Below are positions 24,740 through 38,085 of a stretch of 64,000 nt of DNA, piece after piece; the first letter of the stretch is position 1; every line of letters begins with the position of its first letter. The notes beneath the pieces were generated by a model that had not been told where the DNA came from, did no database searches, and worked only from the letters and a program-made list of their open reading frames with translations. A program made the position numbers and the translations under genes. The DNA is from Psammoneis japonica (lineage: Eukaryota). Location: contig QPGO01000030.1 of assembly GCA_008632985.1 (NCBI GenBank), positions 186,001-250,000 of the forward strand, given 5' to 3'.

Positions 24740-26265
24740 ATGGTATGATCATTTTACTATGCGATTTTGTGTACAAAACCTGCCCGCCCGCTTTTGATTC
24801 GTGATAGACGGATGGTTTTGAACAAATTTATGACGATACATCGTTGGTTCGTAGAAACTACGTAACACCTGGTATGTCGAAGCAATCACATCCGAGCAAG
24901 CCTTTGAATCTCGATCACGTGGAAGCTCTCACAATTCGAAAGTTTGACCGATCAATCAAGCTAAGCATCGTCTTCCGTCTTTACCGTCAATCATCATGCA
25001 GGCCTCTCTTCTTCTCTTCACCATGACGCTCTTTACCATCTTCAGCGGCGCTATTCCATTCCCCATCGAACATGCGCTCTTTGCCTTTGCCGTCCTCATC
25101 GCGTTGAAGCAAGCCGTTCAACTTTCGAACGTCGACAAGACGTGCGTCGCGCCTTTCCGAGTCCCTGAGACCAAGCCATCCAAGTTGATTCCGATCCAGA
25201 TTCCCGCCGAGCAGTCGAACAATAGAAAGAGAAAGCGATCGAGCACTGCCAGCTGTTCTGACGATCTTGACGACTCTTCACGTGAAACGAAAGTGCCCAA
25301 AACAGCCATGACCACTTACAAACGCACCATCCGTAAAGTCCGCAAGACTAAAAAACGTTCGAAGGACAAGGAACGTGAATCACCCTTTGACCGTCGAAAG
25401 ATACAAGCGTTGGCACGTCAAAAAATCATCAACGAACGTCGCTTTGGCACAAGCGAAAAAGGCGAAAAGCCCGCTACTCAGAAGAAGCTCCGCCGACGTC
25501 GACCCGCCGAAGATGTTCCGCTTCTAATTCGCATGCGTCAAGAAGTGCAAGCCGCCAAGCGCAAGGAAAGGGTCTGGGCTAATCGTCGAAAAGCCGCCTA
25601 AGGACAAACAAGGATCAGTCAATATTCATCCTGCGGCAGAGTCTATTTGTGTTATGGCATCATTACATTTTCAAGACGGGTTCTCGAGGGAAGGATTGCA
25701 ACTTAGAATAGGATTGAATGGAGTTTCTGGTTTACCGATTCGCAGCAACTCGACGATTCCGCGGAAGAATTCTACTTCTTAAGAAGAGGTATCTCTGATG
25801 CCGTGATCCATTTTGGTGAAGCAACTGAAAAGAATCAGTCAGTTGTGACCAACTCACCGGATCATAGGGTTCAATATGCGGTTTGTATCGTTGTTGGGAA
25901 GTAAACATGTGAAGAATTCTACTTGACCGATTCACCGAATCACAGAATTCGCTATCGATTAGAAGTAAAAATCCAGAAAACAATTCAGAAGTTTAGAACA
26001 GAACAATAAGTACATAAAGCGATCCTACTCAAAACGACCATTCTTTCTTTTACTAAGACTCCTCAAAAGAGCTGACGTCGTAGTGTGTACCGGTACGGGG
26101 GACGTTTGTTCAACTCGTGTTTAAAAAATCCAGTTTTTTTGTCATCTTAGTTTCTTGCCTTTTTTATTTGTTATCACCCACATTCGTCAACGAGTATTGC
26201 AGAAGTACTTGCATCTTCGGTGCGCACCACTAGTTGATCTGTGGTCGTAGCTTGAACAAGGTACA
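24740..26265 (+). repeat. segmental duplication, copy 1
   Basis: Colinear, highly similar to ~38810-40252, including upstream, CDS and downstream sequence. Confidence 0.9.
24996..25601 (+). CDS. hypothetical protein, hydrophobic N-terminus and basic C-terminus (paralog 1)
   Basis: 201-aa ORF kept open in both duplicate copies, with an in-frame indel. Confidence 0.65.
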   Translation: MQASLLLFTMTLFTIFSGAIPFPIEHALFAFAVLIALKQAVQLSNVDKTCVAPFRVPETKPSKLIPIQIPAEQSNNRKRKRSSTASCSDDLDDSSRETKVPKTAMTTYKRTIRKVRKTKKRSKDKERESPFDRRKIQALARQKIINERRFGTSEKGEKPATQKKLRRRRPAEDVPLLIRMRQEVQAAKRKERVWANRRKAA

Positions 26266-26727
26266 TTTGATTAGGTGTTGCCGGTGTTTTGTTGACAAAT
26301 GCCCGAAAGATTGTCACAATCGTGCTTACTTTCTTCTATTTGCCAATCCATGTAGATATCCAGGTTGTTGGACTGCTCTTGGTCTTTGTTGTCGTCTATC
26401 TTAGGATGGTACCGGTATCCAAACATGGTAGTAGTAAGACGCAGAAACTGACGAAAAATGGGGCAAAGGAGGGACAAAATGGTCAAGAGCACCACGTCTT
26501 ATTAACGTATATTGGTGCATGACATCAACGTTTAGAGTTACGGGATCAGCTTGGGGACGAATGGGAGCTGACTTCCCGGTTACGAATGCATATCCAGTTC
26601 TCAGATGATTACCTCCGCGCATTCGTGGTGTTTGCCACATACTTGGGAGCCCAGAGCTTCTGTAGAGAGAGAAAAGCTGTTCTTGTTATTCAACTGATTC
26701 CGAGCAACGTTGACGTACATCTTTCCT

Positions 26728-27653
26728 TCAAACTCCTGGCTTATCCAAGAGTTCATTTGCTCGGGTAATTTGAGATTCCAATTCAGACAGAGCTTCCTTT
26801 CGTTCCACGAGCTGCTTCTCCAGGACTTCAATAAGAATCTCTCGAGCCTGGTGTTCTCGGAATTTGTTGCATTCTTCCAAAACAAAATAAAGGTTATCAG
26901 CGATACCGCACTGTCGAACTTGGAGAATTGCGTACCTGGTATTGCTTTCTCGAATCTTTATCACTTACCTTGCAGCATCAAGAAGACGTTATGCGACAGC
27001 TCATCTCGACATTTTCTATACAAGTAAAGCAGTGCAAGAACTTTAGCAAATTTTGTCGCCCACAACATACTTTGACAGACAATCGTTGAGAGCACTTACT
27101 TATTATCCAGCGGTCGATGCACCAATTCTTGCACAAGTTTTACAAAACCTCGAACTACTTCTGTATTTAATCTAGAGAGGCAGAATAACTTGAATGAATC
27201 CACTATGAAATAAACGAAGTTCCTCTCAAGATTTTTTTTGTCTCTACATCACACTTACCTGCTGACTTCGTCGCGTATCTTTGTAGGATCCTCGCAGGTG
27301 TCAGGAACTTGAACAAGCAGCGGATCCTCAACAATTTCTGAAAATACAGCGACAACATCCCCTTCTTCCTCCTCCTCTTTCTTTGTTACACCTCCTAGAA
27401 TGGCGTCTGTCTTGTCGGTATCTTCTTGCTGCAATCGCAGCCGTTCCGTTTCTGCAATGGCCGCAGCTGCTGCAGCTGCAACCTTTCGTGAGGCCAATTC
27501 CAGCGCTTCGGTGGGAATTGTGGGAGGCTCCAAGGACGAAGCATTACGATAATAGAATGGCGGTGGTGGGAACTCTGATACCAATAGGGCTGCCTCGCCA
27601 GTCTGCTCGTCCCCGCTGTTACCGACATCGTTGGCCGCCGCGCTTGTCGCCAT
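26728..27653 (-). CDS. MED7: Mediator complex subunit 7 (4 exons)
   Basis: SEFPPPPFYY, then VFLMLQECNKFREHQAREILI; three GTAAGT introns restore the frame. Confidence 0.88.
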
Positions 27654-30600
27654 GGTATGGTTGCTTTTTGCTCTTCTGAGTTTAGACTACCGGTAAAGTA
27701 CGGGTACCGGCATGGGGGGGGGGGGGGGGGCGGAGGTGTTCCATGCAGTTCCATGCATGTTTCCTTTGACCGACGCCAGCCCGACGACGCCGCACACATC
27801 ATAACATGCTGAAGGCGCATGCACGGGCGGACAGGGCCCTGCTCTAGCTAGATTGACAGACAACCGCGTCCTGCACAAAATGCGACACAGGACTTGCACA
27901 TCGCTTTTCTGACTGCTCCCAGACACACAGATTGATGGAAGGCAAGCTTGGATGAAAGATGATTTGCTGGCACTGGTGATGATTCCATCTCCAGCCCCAA
28001 TCTGGATGGCAGAGCCACCCAGCAGAGCAAGGGGGGCCAGAAGCTGGGGGGCAGCTGGCTCTGTTGTGCGGTTGCTCTGCTCTTTTCTTGCTCATCAACA
28101 AGAGTGAGTGGCTGCAAAGGCAGAAGAGAAAGCATGGCAGATGGCCAACAAGGAATCAACCAATGACTTCAGTGCGTGCTGATCAAGGGGTGGGTGGGTG
28201 GTCTGCACGCTGTCATCAGAGATGCTGCACGCGGTGCAAAGCTGGAGCGAGCAACACTTGCTTGCTCCTTTTCTTCTTGCTGCACTCGTGGCACCACACA
28301 CTGCAGACTGCAGATTGACATGGAAGGCAAGCCAACAAAGCAACTTTTTGCATGAAAGACAATTTGCTGACCCTGATGACTCCCTCTCCAGCTCTCAAGC
28401 TGGGCAGCAGATCTGGCCAGCAGTGCCCATGAGATGCCTTTGTCAAGAAGAGGCAGCACGGAGTTGGTTGGGAGAGAGGTGCTTTTGGGGGGGGGGGGGG
28501 GGCAAGAAATGCCCATGCTGGGGCTGAGGACAAAGGCACTGCCATTGAGCACATTTTGAGTGAGGTTGCACATGGCAGGTTGGCTTGTCACTTGAGCTTG
28601 GAGATGCCACAAACATCTTGCCCAACCCCCAAAAGCCAGCTGAGGCCAACCAGTGCACACCCACTGGCGGCCATGAGCAACTGGGCTGATGTGTCAGAGA
28701 GGTGAAAAAACCAGGTCAGCAGGGCCTGTGGTGGCAGCAGCAATCTTTTGCACTTCTGTGGTGTCAGCAAGGTGGCGACAGAGAGCGCCAGGTGCCATTT
28801 TCAAAGCAGGCCAGTGAAGAAGTGCCAAGCATCTGGAAGGGCCCTGCAAGCATGCTGCAAGTGTTGTGCGCGGCAAACAAGAAAAAATGCTGGGCAAAGG
28901 TTGGGGTTGTCTGATCTGCCAGAGCTGGCAGCCTTGCCTTGGATGGTGTTTTTTGTGCAGGGAATGTGTGAGCAGCTGCAATGAGGCAAGGGTGGCAGCA
29001 TTGAGGGCCAGGCTGGGTTGGGGGTGCCTGTCCAGGTGCAACTGGCTGGAACTGAGGAGCAGATTGATGGACCTGGGTGGCGTCATCTCCTGGACAGAGC
29101 AAAGAAAAGAGGCTGCTTTGTTGCTGCTGGAGTGGGTGGAAAAAGCTGTGGTGTGAATCACCCAGCATGGTGCCTGCACCCAGCACTGGTTTTGCTTGAG
29201 ATCCAGCAGTGCATCCCATCATTTGTGTTCTTGTTGCAGCAGCAGACTTGTCAGACAAGTCTGAAATCCTCCTCATTGCTGAGGGTGCTTCTTGGTGGCC
29301 AATCAACTGCAGGGGTGTCATCAGCTGTGTGCAAGCACATGCAGGGTTGTGCTGTGTGGGGCAAGCAGCACTCCAGCACAGACTCAGATGGGAGGCAAAC
29401 TTGCAGAGGGCCAACTTGGTGCAGAAGTTGGGCCAAGTGTGCCAGCAGGCACTGGGTGGCACTGGGTCTGCAATTGGCAACTCCAAATTGGGCAGCACAG
29501 TGGTGGGCAGCACTTCTCAATCAACCAGAGGTGCAATGTGGGCACTGGTGTCCAGGGGTGCTGCCAAGACTGGGCAGTCTGCTTTGGTGAGCGGAAGGCA
29601 TCAAAATGACAGAAGAAAGCAATGCCAGCAAGGCGTTGCAGGCAAAAAGCACCAGCAGTGCCAGCAGAGGCAGTTGAGTTGGCTGGCTGTGAAAATCATG
29701 GAGGATGAGGCCATTGTGACAGCTGTGCAGTTGATGAAAGGCTTGGCATTAGAGGAGCACTGCATCAGCCAGCATTGATCCATGCAGCACTCCAGGCTGT
29801 GCTGTGGGAACTTTGCATGCCCCACCAAGTGTTTGCTGGTGGGTGCATTGTGCCTTGGTTGCTGTGCAGAAAAATGGGGTTGGCAAGCTCTTTCAACCCA
29901 ACAGCAATGAGAGGCAGCTCCCCAAGCAGCAGCAAGAAGGGAGAAAGCAATGCATGGCTTTGCATGTCCTCAGGACAAACATGTCAAGGTGGCAAAATGT
30001 GTTGACAAAAGGAGTTCATGCACAACACATGGATGTTGTTGGCTTGCCCCATGTGGTTGCCACCTTGAGACAATGACCCAGCATCAGGTGCAAGGCAGCC
30101 ACATGATTTGTTGCTTGCGCCACTCCAAGTGCTTGTTCAAATGCCCGCTTGGAGCAAGTGCTGTGAACAGCAAGAGCTGGAGGTCTGAAAACAGCATGAA
30201 AACACGGCCACCTGCATTTTCACCCATGCTGTGTCAGAGTGTGCTGAAGGCCCAGCTGGGGTGAGAGCCTCAATGTGGATGTGAGCATCAGCTGGGCATT
30301 TGTGCTCCTGCTGCCAGTGTTGTGGCAATGAGTGCAAGCACTGCCACACCACTGAGCATCCACACACCTTGGGGCAACAAATCAATGGCATGTCAGTCAT
30401 TGATGACAGCCCTCTGCTGGTGGGAGAGTGGCTCCACATGCTCATTGCTCCCATGGCTGGGTTGGGCCCACCATGTGGTCATTGCCCTCGGGAAATGCAA
30501 CACATGCAGAAATGCGTGAACATGGCTGGCCACAGTCAGCAGCATGTTGTGATCCAGTTCAGCCACTCTTCCCAGCCACCAAGGGCATGCAAGGGTTGCA

Positions 30601-33120
30601 TCACAGTTGCACCTGACTGTGCCAGAGCTGCAAAGTGGGTTGAGAGTTCACACATGCGAGAGTGCCAGGGTGTGGCTGGGAAACAGTGGTCTGGGTGTTG
30701 CCACATGATCATTGCCTGAGGTGTTGGCAGGGATGTCAGCAGGCAAGGCTGGGGTGCCTGAGAGGTGGCTGTTCTGTGGGAAGTGCCACCAGCTTGCACT
30801 CTCAGATTGCTTTGGCACAGCATTGCAATTTGCAAGTTCAGCTCTTTGACAATCACTGCTTGCATGCCACACCAACACATTCCAACAACTTTCCCATGTT
30901 TTCCCAATTCTGGTTTGACACATGGCTCTTTCTTCCTGGGGATGCCCAACTCAAGAAAAGCACAAGCAGCACACTGGTGCTGTTGAGTGCAGCTCTGCTG
31001 GCCCTGTGTGTGCTGAAGCACCTCCTGAAGATTTTGCAAGATGTTGACAAGTGATGGAGCTCTTCTCAACAAAAAGACAGTCTGCCTGAAGACCCCCAGG
31101 AACCACCTGTCCCCAAGTTGCTGCTCAGCTCTTGTTGATGGCAACATTGCAGATGGTTGGCCCAACAACTCCATTGGTTTGGTCAAGACAGACAGCACCA
31201 GCATGTCATCTTGAGGCACTGCCACTGGTGGTGGTGGAGCAGGCAGTCCAACAGCAAGTGCTGCCATCACTGCACTGCAGGTGGTTGCTGATTTCTTTGT
31301 CAAGGTGGTCAAACAAGTTGTTTTTTAAGTGTGCCTCTGAACACTCATTCTTCTGCAACTGCCAAGCCCCCATCATGGTTGGCAGCATGGGCACTTTCAA
31401 CTCCAACTAAAAAGTGGCATGGTGTGCTGAAAGACTGAAGGTTGGCTCTCAGATCTCACCACTCAAACTGACCCAAAGTTCCCTGTGTGGTGCTGCTGCA
31501 CAGGGCACAAGTCAACTGAGAAGTCCAAGAAGGGTGGCAATTTTGACTCACTGGCTGCACTGTGGGCCATTCTTTTTTGATGCATCATGGTGGGATGGGT
31601 GCAATTTCACACCCCATGCCAGATCCCACTGGCCCAATGTGTGCACAGCTTGTTTCATCAAAGAGAAAAGAGAGTGTGCTTTTGACCATCTGTTGAAAGA
31701 GTCCAAGACAAGACAAGGACAAGATTGAGCTGCAGCTCACAAAGTGTGACAAGTGCAACAGCAACAATTGCCACAACATGGCAGCTCTCTGTCACAGCTG
31801 CACTGAGGCAACTCTTTTCAAAAGGAAGACAATGAGCCCTTTCCCACTCAGTGGTGGCAACTCTTTAAGATGTTTTGCACCCAAGTCATCACCTGTTTTC
31901 AGAAGGTCCAGGATGAGATCTGCAAAAAGCAACATCCTGCCACACCTGCAATCCAACAAAGAACCAGCTTTTCTCACTGTGGCCCCCCCACCCATGCAAC
32001 AACAATCTCACCTGGATTTCTTGAAATCCTCCCTTTTTCCTGGTGGGCCAGATGGCAAAGACTTTTGCTCAGGTCTCTGCACCAAACCAAGAACCTGCTG
32101 AAGAAAAAGTTGACAAAGAAAAAGTTGATGGAGCTTGCAAGTGTGCCAAAGGATGATGCAGATTGTGAGCCACTGGCTGACAACCTTGTCAGTGCCTCCA
32201 TTTTTGAGCTTGTCACTGACGGGTGCTGCGGGCAGTGCAATGAAAGCAAGTGGTTGTTGGCTTGCAATGCCAAGTGTGCAAAGATTCCACCTGGCAGTCT
32301 CAGAGCCCTCGTCATGTGTGCCAGCTCAGTGGAGCCACAGAGACACCTGAGATTGACTCACTTGTCCAGTGCAAGGTTGGCGTCAAGGTGTCATGGAGAC
32401 AATGACAAAATGTGGTGGCAGGCAGTTGTCACAACTGCTGCCACCAGGCACGTGAACATTCACAATCTGTCAGAGCCATGCTGCTGGCCATGGATTGGCT
32501 GGTGGACACCATGGCAGCAATGGTGGCAGCTGCAACAAGGGTGTGGTGGCAGCTGCAACAGAGTTGGGGCAACAACAGCAGCAGCAGCAATGATTGCTGC
32601 TTGACTCCAGCAACACAGGCATGGAATTCCCCCCCCCCCAACAGCCAGCACCAACCATGGCCAGCAACCCAGCGCACAGATGATTTGCTCCAGTCACATG
32701 CACAACAACAAAAGGAGGCAAAAATGGACATTTTGTGCATTGCTTTGCATGCTTGCTCCACATTGGTGGCTTCTTGCATCTCCTCCTGGTGCTGCATCTG
32801 TGAAAAAAAGCTTTTGTGCAAATGCAAACAATTTCTCTCCAGCACATGCAAGACCCTCCTCTGTTTGGCCACTGCAAAACACCCACTTTTCAATGTTTGT
32901 TTGTTTGAAAGGAGGAGGTGCACAACCCCAACAGAAACAGTCATTGACCTTGACAGCAAATCTGTCCCTGCCGTTGTTCTTGTGGGTGGAAAAATCAACA
33001 AAATTTTCCAAAAGCGTGTCAACAACAAGTGAGAAAATGGACATTTTTTGTGCTTTGCAAACAACAGCTTTCTGTCCAAGCAGACTCTGAGCATTGTGAC
33101 ATCATGCTTTGCCTGCTGCT

Positions 33121-34185
33121 GTGTCATGCTTTGTTGATCAAGTCTGCAGCCCTGCTTTTGCCCATGACATCATGCTTGCAAAGCTGGCTGCCTTGCGTGC
33201 AAAAAGTGTCTGCTTTCAAGATGTTCTGCCATGTGTTGGCTGGGCCAAGGAGGAAAAAGTGTGAAGAGCTTTTGACTGTGGTGTGCACCACAACTTTTCT
33301 TGTTGTTGCAAAAGAAGAAGGGGATGTCAAGCAAATGTGCTGTTCTCCCAATCTGCCTGATTTTGGTCTTTTTCCAAGATGCAACACAGCTTCTGCCACT
33401 TCCCACACATGGCAACATCATTTGCAATTGTTTCTCACTCAATGTTCCAGGTTGATTGGCACAACACAGCACATTTTGCAAGTGCTGGTGTGTCATGCTT
33501 TGTTCATCAGGTCTGCAGCCCTCTGTTTTTGCCCACAAAATGCCTGCAAAGCAGGCTGCCTGGTGTGCAAACAGCACCTGCTTTCAAAATGTTCTGCCAT
33601 GTGTTGACTGCACCAAGGAGGTAAAAGTGTGAAGAGCTTTTGACTGTGGTGTGCACCACAACTTTTCTTGTTTGCATGAAAGAAGTGCTGCCATCCCAAT
33701 CTGCCTGATTTTGTTTCTTTCCAGGATGCAGCACAGCTTCCACCACTTCCCACACATGACAACATCATTTGCAATTGTTTCTCACTCAACATTCCAGGTC
33801 AATTTGCACAACACAGCACACTTTGCAAGTGCTGGTGTGTCATGCTTGTTCATCAGGTCTGCAGCCCTCTGTTTGTGCTCATGAAATGCTTGCAAAGCAG
33901 GCTGCCTGGCATGCAAATGGCACCTGCTTTCAAAATGTTCTACTGTGTGTTGACTGCACCAAGGAGGCAAAAGTGTGAAGAGCTTTTGACTGTGTTGTGC
34001 ACCACAACTTTTCTTGATGGCACAAAAGAAGTGCTGTTCTCCCAATCTGCCTGATGTTGGTTTTTGTTTCAGGATGCAGCACAGCTTCTGCCACTTCCCA
34101 CACATGGCAACATCATTTGCAATTGTTTCTCATTCAAGAACATTCCAGATTGATTTGCACAGCACAGCACATTTGGCAAGTCATG
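33121..34185. repeat. three tandem copies of a ~350-370 bp unit
   Basis: Unit start gtgtcatgct(t)tgtt.atca.gtctgcagccc at ~33121, ~33490 and ~33837. Confidence 0.88.
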
Positions 34186-35500
34186 CAACACTCTTTTGTG
34201 AGTCCTGCATGCCAAGCAACAAGTGGAACATGGCACAACAATGGAGACCAGGACATCAGAAAAACAGGTGACAGCATGCCCTGTGCATGAAAAATTGAAA
34301 AGAAGATGCAAAATGTCAAAAGATCCACAACATCAAGCGGTTGCAAGAAAGTCAGTTGACAACGTTGTTGGAGATGATGAGATCAAAATGACTCCTGCAC
34401 CGGAAATGCAAAGAAACAGTCATTGGCATTTCACACACTTGCACCACAGGCTTGTGCATGAAATCAGCCTGGAACCCAAAGGCAAGCCACATGTCACATG
34501 CTCGTTCTGCCTTTTCAAAAGGACAAGCCAGCCATTCATGATGTCACCGGTGCAATCTCTCTGTTCTTCCCACTTGTGCACAACACGGGCTGACTTTCAA
34601 TGCTCCCATGGCAGCAGCGGTGCTTGTTCAATGGCTTGTCTAACAAGAGCCTGATGGGATCAATGCTCCAGCTCTCTGTTTCCATTGTGTCATTCTCAGA
34701 ATTGTGGAGGACAAATGCAACATGTTTGTTTTCATGCATCCACGTGCCAAAGGTCAGAATTGACAAAAACCAAATGCCCCACGAACCAAAGCATGGATTG
34801 GATGGACCACCAAGAGCACTGTTGATGCCAGTGCACTCACAGATGAACCACAAAAACAAACCCAAAACAGACATGGCACAAAAGCCTTCCACTTGTCTCC
34901 AATCCAAGTTCAGTTTCCAGCCTCAACAAAGATGAATTCTCAGTGGCTTGTTGGAAAGACAATGCACGCAAGTGACACTCAAGAGTGACACAACCATGGC
35001 AGAAAAGAATGTTCCCAACACCTTGTTCCATTCATGTTGTGGCACTTGCTGAACAACCCCTTCTAGCAAGATTTCCAATTCACCCCGATTTGTGTGGAGT
35101 TCTAGAATGGAACATGCCTCCACCAAACTGAAAACCAGGATGGGAGCACACCACCTGCAAATGGTTTCATGCTTGTTGTTTTGGACCATGTCGACAAGCA
35201 GTGGCAAGTTGGCACCCATCCTCCATGCACTGCCTGATGTTGACAGCCACACTGGCAAAGGCAATCAATGTTGCAAAGCAGGGCCCCAGACATTTGGAGC
35301 AACCTTGCCAGTGGAAAAGGTGCTGGCACAAATGTGCAAGGCACCTGTCCAAAAGAGCAGTGTGCCAATCAACAGGGCCAGTTCCCAGCAACTGCCATCA
35401 TGAAAGACAATGTTTCCAGAATGGTGGAAATGAGACCAAGTCAAAGTGAACCACCAAGACAAAGACTGACATGCCCACAGCTGCAGCCAACATGACCACG

Positions 35501-36089
35501 GCTCCATCTAACTTCCCACTAAAGAGCAAGTGCTGTCAGCACCAGAAAACAAATGATGGTCTTTCCACGAATTGATTGTGTCTCCAGGAACATTCTCACC
35601 AAATGCATGAGCAAATTTGCTGTCATTGTTTTCATTGCCATTGGTTTCTTCTTCCAACCCACATTGTCGCATGACTTGAACACTGTCCTTGTCATCACCA
35701 TCAACACAAAACCAGATGGCCAAGACAAGCATGACAACACTTGCCACCAACATGAACAGAGGTGTCCCTGCAACCATGGTGAACCCCAAATGTCATCATG
35801 GCTCCATCTGACTTCCCGCCAAAGAGCAAGTGCTGTCAGCATCAGAAAAAAATGACAGTCTTTCCACAAATCAATTCTGTCAATGTTCTCACCAAATGCA
35901 TGGGCAAACATGTTGTCATTGTTTTTGTCCCCCTTGGTTTCTTCTTCCAACCCATGTTGTCACACAACTTGAACACTGTCCTCATCATTGCCATTGACAC
36001 AAAACAGGATGGCCAAGACAAGCATGACAATGCTTGCCACCAACATGAACAGGCATCCCTGCAATCATGGTGAACCCCAAATGTCATCA
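35501..36089. repeat. two tandem copies of a ~300 bp unit
   Basis: gctccatct.acttccc at 35501 and 35801; both copies end in gaaccccaaatgtcatca. Confidence 0.88.
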
Positions 36090-36169
36090 CAACTCATGTG
36101 CTGCACTGCAGCAATTGATTGCTGCCAGCAGTGTGATGCAGGGAACAACAAAATCCAACCACACCTGCA

Positions 36170-36673
36170 GCGAGTGCCCCCACCGAATGATGAACCTGCT
36201 CCGCCAACAACGTCTGCACCACCTGCACAAATGCTGACTCCAGTGCCAACTCAGCTGCCAACTCTCAGGCCCTCCTCAACCCCCCCAACCGGTCACAAAT
36301 TTCAACAGCGTTGCTGACTTTAAGTCTGTCACCTCGTCCAACTTCTTCCCCGCTCACAAAAATGCCCACAGAAAAACTGACCATTGCACCTGCTGCAGAT
36401 CTGACTGCACCACCAACCAATTGGCTGACTCCTGAGCCAATGCCCTTGCCAAACAATGAGCCCACTCCGCTCCTGCCCACACCTGCACCCACTCCAGTGC
36501 CGACTCAACCACCAACTGTGCCATCATGTGTGCCATCCGCAATGTCAAGTGATGCACCCTCACATGTGCCGCCCATGACTCCATCATCTGCAATGAGCAG
36601 TGCACTGTCATTGACAACATCGGAGCTGCCAAGTGCAGTCCCAAGTGAAGTGCCATTGTCTGCTCCATGCTGA
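36170..36673 (+). pseudogene. relic of a Pro/Thr/Ser-rich (PTxxPT/PSxxPS) cell-surface protein
   Basis: PTPAPTPVPTQPPTVPSCVPSAMSSDAPSHVP...PSAVPSEVPLSAP. Confidence 0.6.
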
Positions 36674-37904
36674 CATTTTGAACCAAGCAATGTGCCATTG
36701 GTTTCTCACAAATCGCAAGTGTCAACACAGAAGATTCTGCAGAAACACAGCCTTCCAATCCATGGCAACATCCAAGTTCTTGACAAAACCTGCTCCACAC
36801 ATCACATGCGTGGAACAACCACACTCCAGGCAAAAGACAAATCAAGTGTCAGTTGATCAAGTGCAGACACACAACTGCTGGCACACAAAACAAGGTGCAT
36901 GGTTGCCACTTGCACCACTGCCTCTTCCTGATGGCATGGGTCCACTGACATGATTGCCATTTCCAAGACAAGCTGGTTGGCATCAACATGCAATGAATGA
37001 GTTGTCTCTGCCATGCACCGTGCTGCACGTGCACCATCACTCTGCTGCAAAATGATGCATGACAAGTCATCAACCGACATTCTGTCTTTATGGAGAACAT
37101 GATGCACCCCAGTGATCAGCAGCCTTTTGTCTCCACAGCAGATGAAATGGGGTTCTGATGACTCATGCAGCAACAATGCAGACCCCTGGGATGAGATGGA
37201 TGCAACAGACTCACAGTCATGGAGGTGATGGCTGTTTTCACTTTTGAATCAGAATTTTGTGGATTTCTGTGCACGTGCTTGCTGCTGCCCATTTTTTAAA
37301 ATGTCCTGGTCTCCATTGCACTGTCACATTTTGTGCACAAAACCAGCCAGCCCACTTTTTATCTGCTGCAATGGCTTGTCAATTTCAACAAATTCCTGTG
37401 GAGTCTGCACAGAGGCCAGTGTGTCAAAGCAACCCCCATCTGGGCAAGCCTTTGAGAAATGGCGATCATGCTGAACCTCTCACAACTCTCTCTCTCTTGT
37501 TGTCCAGCCAACCACAAGCATCATCTCATTGCTTTTCTTGCTGCCATCAATCCTTGTGCAGGCCTCTCTTTTGCTCTTTGCCGTGGCATTCTTTGTTGTT
37601 CTTGGTTTTGCAGCATCATGTCTCTGCAGCAGATGCCACCCAACTCACCAAAAAAAGCTGCTGAGCATGCCAATGCCAGCATCATGCCACCAGCATCCTT
37701 TGGATTTTCTCTTCAACTGCTGGACTGACAGAGACCATCTGATGGCTCCAGAAGTTGTCGGTGCAACATCATTTGTCAGGTGAGACAGCATCTGCTGAAT
37801 TTGTCAGTGTTCTTCTTGTTGTGGCACTGCCCCCATGCAGGTGAGCTCCACTGTGTTGCACCTGCTGGGGCTGTTTCAAGTGATGCAGAGGTTGCACCAA
37901 AACT

Positions 37905-38085
37905 GATGACAACCCAGCTTCTTCTGGATGATGGCAACATTCACAGTCATCTGCCAATGGCTGCTGTGTGGCTGCTTTGTTTGAGTTTGGGGGGGGAGCT
38001 GATGGCAACCCAAGAGCTTCCTCCAGATGACAGCAACATTCACAGTCTGCCAATGACTGCCATGTGGCTGCTCTGTGTGAGTGTG
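37905..38085. repeat. ~100 bp tandem duplication
   Basis: caacattcacagtc..tgccaatg.ctgc..tgtggctgct occurs twice. Confidence 0.7.

Noticed and set aside
26289..26522. Short hydrophobic ORF
   Set aside because: No ATG start or recognisable motif; insufficient support.
33121..36089. CRISPR-like array
   Set aside because: Units are 300-370 bp degenerate tandem duplications with no repeat-spacer structure, in a eukaryotic context.
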